From a virus: a DNA stretch of 64,000 nt. Both the position numbers and the translations under genes were made by a program. Of this stretch, positions 58,582-64,000 are shown piece by piece (within the stretch, counting starts at the first letter, position 1; every line of letters starts with the position of its first letter). Where the stretch lies: the IMG/VR virus record IMGVR_UViG_3300027969_002881, positions 63,887-127,886 of that record; one strand, 5' to 3'. The notes beneath the pieces were generated by a model that saw nothing but the letters and a program-made list of their open reading frames with translations, searched no databases and was not told the DNA's origin.

Positions 58582-61509
58582 TTAAATATTTCCTCTTTTT
58601 GCTTTTTTAGTAATGTAGTCACTGGGTGTGCCTTTCCAATCACTAGGTAATAATAATCTATCCTGGCCTTGCTGGCCAAATGATGGCACGCCTGCACCAA
58701 AATTATAATATTCAGTTGTCGCTTTAACGCCTTCATTAAATGAATTATATTTGGTATACGTTCCTGTTTTAACGTCGTAGCCCAAGCCTGCTGGATTATT
58801 TACAGCAGCCGGTCCAGGACGCTGAGTATTGTTACGTTTCCAGTCTTCTAAGCCACCGCTACCGCTTTTTTGTAATGCTTCTCCAGTTAGAGTATCAGCA
58901 GGATACGGTTTGTAATTTTTAATACCTGCTTCTGCATATGATTCTGCTGTAATTTTATTAGTATGCTCAAAGTGGGCTTTTGTTTCGGCAATATACTGTT
59001 CTTTGGCCTGTGCATAAGCGGTTTCTTTATTTAAATTAGGATGATCTTCCATTAGTTTTTTAGCTTTGGCTACAGGATCATTTACAACCGGCGCTGGATT
59101 GTCTACTAGTTTGTTTCTATAAATATCTCTGGCATTCATTACTGGCGTAGAAGAATTTATCTCGCCTTCTCCACGTTGTACTCCGGCGGCACCCATAGCA
59201 TTGTCGCCAGATAAATTATCTAATTGGGCGGCACCCGATCTTTCCTTCTTTGCTTGTTGACGTAACTCATTGACACGATCTGCTTCTCTTTCAGGATCGT
59301 TGATCATGTTTTCCATAAACTTTTCAAACGTCAGTTCACCAAAAACGCCCCTAGGTAAAATATAACTAGGTATGGTTAAATCTTTTCTTGCTTTTAATTT
59401 TTGTGTCCATTTACCTTCTTTAAATGAGTTAGTTACTCCCCATACTTGATAGATACCAAGTATTTGATCAGTAGTATTGAACAGCATAGTATCATTAGAA
59501 TCCCAATCTATAGTCGGTGCTTGGCTATTAAAGTAAAATAGGTTTGCGCCTTTATAATTTTGAGCCTGGCCGTAGTCACCCCATGCGTTTACTCTAGTAT
59601 TCCAATCTTCATCTAAACTAGGTAATGTAGATTCTATTAACTGTTTAATTTGGGCGTCGTTGCTACTGGAAAATTGAATTTTATCTAATTGATCTTTGCC
59701 AACTAACATTACATTAGGCATGCCTAACCAATAAGGATCTCCGAAAATTTCCATTTCCATATCAATCAAGTCTCTAGGAGCAAGCAAAACTGTAAAGATT
59801 TTTTCCATTAACTTTTCGTTTTCTGCTTTTACAATATCAATATCTTCTCCGATTGCGTCTGGCTCCATTCGTGGTCTTAAACTAGAATAATTAACAGACA
59901 AAATTTCATTATAGATTTTTTTAAAATCTATATCTTCTGCAAATTTTGATTTTATTGCCGCAAATAATTCTGATCTGTTGTTAACAGAATTAGTTGGCTT
60001 GGCAGCTTTTTCTTTTGCTCGTAATTGATTTTCTTTTTCAAGAATAGAAGCATTAAGAGTTTCTATATATTTTTAGATCGTTTCGTTTCTTGAACTATCT
60101 GAACCTTTTCTATTAATTTCTTTAGTGGCGGCGGCAGCACTTTGTCGTAATTCTTTAATTTCTTTTTTTGCGACTCCATTTTTATCATTTTGCACATACG
60201 GCGTAGCATCTTTTTTATAATTCTGAGGATTCATTTTTCCTGGTCCAGACACACCTCTATCTGTCCATATAACAGGAAAACTAGGCAAGGCATAACTTTG
60301 ATTAAATTGCAAATCCACTTTAATGATTTCCGTGTTTAATCCAGTATAATTGTGATAGTATACTTTGCGTAATAAGCCTTCTTGTATATAGTATTTTAAC
60401 TTTCCAAGTACTTTACTTTTACTGCTTTGTTTATTCAGTATGTCAAGCTCGTCTGGATACTGATACATATTTGGTTGATCTGCTAAGAAAATTAAGAAAA
60501 TATGTTTAACTGCATAGCGGCCACGAATATAGTCAAAGTTTTTATTAACTGTATAAGTTTCGATTCTAAAAAATTGATATGGCTTGCCCATATTATCTTC
60601 TATAATTTTCTTATTAGCTTCGCTACTACCACTAGCACCTGGTTTTTGGCCTTGGCCTTTACCAGGTAATAAATCAGAAACTTCTTTAGTACTCATCAGC
60701 ACTCGGTTGATCCAAGAAATAATAGTAGTACCTGGACGAGCGGTGATATCCCATTTTTGTTTTCCAAACCAACTGCTACCAAAAGATTCTTTAACTCCGG
60801 GATCGGCTTTGCCTTTAGTTGTAAAGGTAAATTTTTCTACATCGGGCTGAACAAGGAAATGATATTCATCGTGAAACGGATCAGATTCTGCTGGATGGGC
60901 GCCACCCGGGCTACTAACAGAGCCTGCTTTCTGTCTTGACTCTGCATATTTGTATTCTTTAGTTTCTAATTGAATACTAAGTTGTTCGAAGAATGTTTTA
61001 ATATTCTCTGCTTTAATTTTTGTAGTGTCTTTAATTGGCTGAACTAGATCGGTTTGACTATGATGATTAGAATGTATAAATTTCAATACATATTCGCTGC
61101 CTTTTTCACTGACACTACTTTTAACATCTGTTGCCACTAACATGATTGGCCATATATATTTCATTGGACTATCGACACCAGTCGAACTAATATAATTTTC
61201 TGCTAGGATTTCTATCTCTAATAAAAATCTAGCATCTAAGTGATTTTCACAGCCTACTTTGAAAGCTGCCGCTCTGATATAATCAAAGAAGGTAAAGCCC
61301 ATAGGCTCAAAGATTTTTAAATCTCCGTAGCCATTGTAAGCTAGACTTGTTTGGAAGTTAGGACTTATTAAGTTCTCCCAATTAATTTCACCCATAACAA
61401 ATCGGCCTGTTGTTGCAGTTTCCGCAATAACTACGCCCATTCTAGGATCAAGATCATTGATGTTTTGTGGATTAATTATAGTTAATCTTGAATAATATGT
61501 ATCTGCCAT
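58582..61509 (-). CDS. Baseplate hub-like protein (gp27/gp44-like): one reading frame broken by a single in-frame TAA at 60073-60075
   Basis: ORFs 60073-61509 and 58582-59901 are in the same frame; the 57 codons between them are open; C-terminal DLIDMEMEIFGDPYWL and GIYQV...SFKEGKWTQKL hub-type motifs. Confidence 0.7.
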
Positions 61510-61511
61510 TA

Positions 61512-62141
61512 TTAACCGCCGTCGTGTAAAATATGTCTTGGATTTATTAACACACCGACTTCCGATCTCGGCGGTCTAGGTCTTGGATTACTACCTGGAC
61601 CTGTTTTATTATTTTCTTTTTCTCTTGCTGCTTGTAATTCTGGTAAGGTTTTACCTGGTGGTTGAGCAGGAGTGGTGGTAGGTTTTGCAGGCCTATTTTT
61701 ATCACTGCTCGGAGTTGATGTTAATAAACTTCCATTATTTTTTTCGAAACTTGCAATATCTGCATCGTCTCTAGGAGGAACAGGTACACCGTTTTTTCTT
61801 TTTTCAAAATGAAGATGGGCGCCCGATGTCGAGCCAGTATTTCCGCTATACCCTATTAATTCTCCTTTAGGTATAGTTTCTCCTACTTTATAATTTCCAG
61901 GATTATTATCATCTAAATGTCCAAATATATATTCTTTACTAGCATCATTGGGATCTTTAACATATATAGCTTTTCCGTATCCAGTAGAACCACTATCTGT
62001 TATTCTAGAAACTTTTAAATTTTGATTAGCGTAAATAGGGCTGCCAACTGGTGCTCGTAAATCTATGCCGGTATGATTCTCACCGCACGTCGGACAAGGT
62101 TTTGGTCGTTTGCCGAATTCAGATGTAACGCCAGCCATCAA
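61512..62141 (-). CDS. M23-family metallopeptidase with a Pro-rich tail
   Basis: HTGIDL (HxxxD), FGHL, GYSGNTGSTSGAHLHFE (HxH). Confidence 0.92.
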   Translation of the reverse strand: MMAGVTSEFGKRPKPCPTCGENHTGIDLRAPVGSPIYANQNLKVSRITDSGSTGYGKAIYVKDPNDASKEYIFGHLDDNNPGNYKVGETIPKGELIGYSGNTGSTSGAHLHFEKRKNGVPVPPRDDADIASFEKNNGSLLTSTPSSDKNRPAKPTTTPAQPPGKTLPELQAAREKENNKTGPGSNPRPRPPRSEVGVLINPRHILHDGG

Positions 62142-62461
62142 TTAACTCCTGCGAGTTTTTCTAACAATGCTGTATCTCTTGGAACTAGTACTGTTAGTCC
62201 TGCTGTAAAATCCCAAATAGGATCTTTAATTAAATCTGCATTAGCCAGTGCAATGATCCACCAATATCTACTAGAACCATATTGCTGGTAACTGAATAAA
62301 TCTATTCTATTTTCACATTCCATTGGAACAATTACTTGATCTCCGGTACTTGTGGTTAAAATTGGTAGTTTTGCAATATCTAAATAAAATTTACGGTATC
62401 TACTATCTCGTAAATAACTTTTGGTATCATACATTATGCCAGAAAAATTTGATACGGCCAT
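62138..62461 (-). CDS. Baseplate gp53-like / LysM-type protein
   Basis: NRIDLFSYQQYGSSRYWWIIALAN...DPIWDF..G. Confidence 0.8.
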   Translation of the reverse strand: MAVSNFSGIMYDTKSYLRDSRYRKFYLDIAKLPILTTSTGDQVIVPMECENRIDLFSYQQYGSSRYWWIIALANADLIKDPIWDFTAGLTVLVPRDTALLEKLAGVN

Positions 62462-62463
62462 AA

Positions 62464-63183
62464 TTAAATGTATCCTTTACTATTTAATTTTCCAGCGGCA
62501 AAATCTTGAAGTGTAAAATTATTCACCGTTTTATATATATTTTGTTGCACTAATAATCCTATAGAAATAGTAAAAAATACAGGAAGGTAAATTTCTTTCG
62601 GACGTGTTCCGGTGACTACCATCTCCGGTGTATCTATTCTTCTAGGATCATTTAATGCAAAATCAGCGGTACTCTGTCCTGCACCTGCCCCATTTTGATT
62701 TATATTATTTGTAGCAATTTCAGGACGTCTTACTGTTTCTAAGTCTTTGTATAGATCACTGTCTGGATCTACTTTTCCTTTAACATAATCTATATCTTCT
62801 GGAAATGTCATGTTAAATTTACTAATAACTACCGGTACATTATCAAAGACTTGATTGCCGTAGGCAAAGAAACGTAATATTCTCGGAGGTAATCCTCTAT
62901 CTGGATCATTTCTGCCATAGTTCATTTTAGTATATGTTCGTAGAAATCGCAAAGCATACGCACTTAAATTAAAATGTTCGCTGGTATGGGCACTGAACTT
63001 ACAAGTCATATTGATACTGGGATTTTCAGTTCTGCCATAGCCATATGTTTGATAGTTAGTATGGCTCATGGCATAACTATCATATTTGACTTCTTGTCCA
63101 TATTCAATCTGAGGTGTATACGGGAAATCTAACTTTTTTAGATTGCCAATGGGATTTCTTGGTTGTAAATATACTGTACTCAT
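62464..63183 (-). CDS. Tail-tube initiator (gp48/gp54-like); start moved from 63324 to MSTVYLQ
   Basis: FPYTPQI, YGRTENPSI, PPRILRFFAYG, NVPVVI..F..TFPEDIDY; late promoter 5 nt upstream. Confidence 0.7.
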   Translation of the reverse strand: MSTVYLQPRNPIGNLKKLDFPYTPQIEYGQEVKYDSYAMSHTNYQTYGYGRTENPSINMTCKFSAHTSEHFNLSAYALRFLRTYTKMNYGRNDPDRGLPPRILRFFAYGNQVFDNVPVVISKFNMTFPEDIDYVKGKVDPDSDLYKDLETVRRPEIATNNINQNGAGAGQSTADFALNDPRRIDTPEMVVTGTRPKEIYLPVFFTISIGLLVQQNIYKTVNNFTLQDFAAGKLNSKGYI

Positions 63184-63188
63184 AACTA

Positions 63189-63196
63189 TATTTATA
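63189..63196 (-). promoter_or_regulatory. T4 late promoter consensus TATAAATA
   Basis: Exact consensus, 5 nt before the ATG at 63183. Confidence 0.75.
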
Positions 63197-63227
63197 GTAA
63201 AATAATGTATAGTTTTAATGAAAAGAC

Positions 63228-63257
63228 TTGACATCAGTAATAAAAATGTGTTATTAT
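63228..63257 (+). promoter_or_regulatory. sigma70 promoter TTGACA-N18-TATTAT with extended -10 TG
   Basis: Directly upstream of the ATG at 63263. Confidence 0.65.
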
Positions 63258-63262
63258 ATGTT

Positions 63263-64000
63263 ATGGCAACATCACAAGCAAACCCCTTAGCAAAACAGTA
63301 CTTGACTAACAAGGAACTACTCAAAGAAATACATTTGAGTAAAAATCGTTATAGCAGTTATTCCTTACCGGAATATGGTGACTACGATTTAATTCTACCC
63401 AGTGTAGATAAGATTAATATCAGAACTATTGCTGATGCTAAACGGACCAAGGCATTACGTCTTAGCCAATTAGCATTAGTAGAAGCACAAAAGATTAATC
63501 CTAAAACTAAACTAGCAGAAGTAGAAATCGACTATAAAAAAATTCTGAAGACTGATGTAGTCTTTAGAATTATGACACACGATCATGTGCCTTTAGAGCC
63601 AGGACGTAAAAAGACTCCTAAGAACAGAGGAGACCATCATAGTAAATGTAATTTTCCTCCATTTCAACATTTTAAATTCAGCACTGAAGATGGTGCAGGT
63701 AAAGATGATTTAATCTGCGTAGGCAAGTCGCACTGGAAAGGTGACATGGACACCGGCGAGTTTAGTTTAGAAGGATCGATGACCAATAAACTTGCTAAAA
63801 GTTTTATGTTACTCTGCGAACGATACAGCATGAGATTTAACTGGCGTGGCTACACTTATGTAGATGAAATGCGAAGTCAAGCATTACTACAATTATCACA
63901 GATAGGACTACAATTCGATGAATCAAAATCGCAGAACCCTTTTGCGTATTATACTGCCGCTATTGACAACAGTTTCACTCGCATCCTTAATATTGAAAAG
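63263..64000 (+). CDS. gp55: Late-transcription sigma factor, T4 gp55-like (runs off the window; not in ORF track)
   Basis: Hand translation of 246 open codons: YLTNKELLKEI...NWRGYTYVDEMRSQALLQLSQIGLQFDESKSQNPFAYYTAAIDNSFTRILNIEK. Confidence 0.9.
   Translation, partial: MATSQANPLAKQYLTNKELLKEIHLSKNRYSSYSLPEYGDYDLILPSVDKINIRTIADAKRTKALRLSQLALVEAQKINPKTKLAEVEIDYKKILKTDVVFRIMTHDHVPLEPGRKKTPKNRGDHHSKCNFPPFQHFKFSTEDGAGKDDLICVGKSHWKGDMDTGEFSLEGSMTNKLAKSFMLLCERYSMRFNWRGYTYVDEMRSQALLQLSQIGLQFDESKSQNPFAYYTAAIDNSFTRILNIEK

Noticed and set aside
61500-61560. Possible ancestral M23-hub fusion (ILHDGG* then MADTYY)
   Set aside because: The TAATAATG junction is ordinary translational coupling, and the similarity is too weak to support without alignments
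63184-63324. N-terminal extension of ORF 62464-63324
   Set aside because: It crosses two promoters and the gp55-like start; the real start is 63183
1-64000. Genome-wide stop-codon reassignment
   Set aside because: Long genes (2844 and 1155 aa) are intact under code 11, and TAA, TAG and TGA all end genes; only one in-frame stop was found
1-64000. tRNA, rRNA, CRISPR array, IS element, intron or intein
   Set aside because: Intergenic gaps are too short, and I saw no cloverleaf, repeat-spacer pattern, transposase or splice motifs by eye; tRNAscan and Infernal were not run

Overview
A 64 kb, AT-rich, densely coding fragment of a jumbo T4-like myophage genome, read with the standard genetic code. 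No rRNA, tRNA, CRISPR array or IS element is evident. There are four parts. (1) 1-34.2 kb, minus strand: a tightly coupled cluster of about 37 genes for biosynthesis and tailoring. It has 8 radical SAM proteins plus a stand-alone SPASM/twitch ORF, 6 SGNH-like proteins, about 9 glycosyltransferase-like proteins in three paralog families, 3 NDP-sugar epimerase/reductases, an FkbM-RmlC fusion, separate minimal ThDP E1-alpha and E1-beta subunits, a carbamoyltransferase, 2 more methyltransferases and a 2OG-Fe(II) oxygenase. The cluster is co-oriented with and directly downstream of the baseplate and fibre genes, and carries T4-late-type TAAATA promoters, so it looks like a late-expressed glycan assembly and decoration system. 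(2) 34.2-50.9 kb, minus strand: fibre and baseplate genes (gp25-like, gp6-like, a 2844-aa wedge protein, an IMC-bearing fibre, a Gly-Tyr-repeat protein). (3) 50.9-56.4 kb: a mostly plus-strand early island with near-consensus sigma70 promoters, an ATP-dependent DNA ligase, a MazG-like enzyme, an HNH nuclease and small ORFs. (4) 56.4-64 kb: a second baseplate operon (gp5-like with a degenerate lysozyme, a hub gene interrupted by one in-frame TAA, an M23 peptidase, a gp53/LysM-like gene, a tube initiator) divergent from a gp55-like late sigma factor that the ORF track missed. Family assignments come from motif recognition only; no searches were run.
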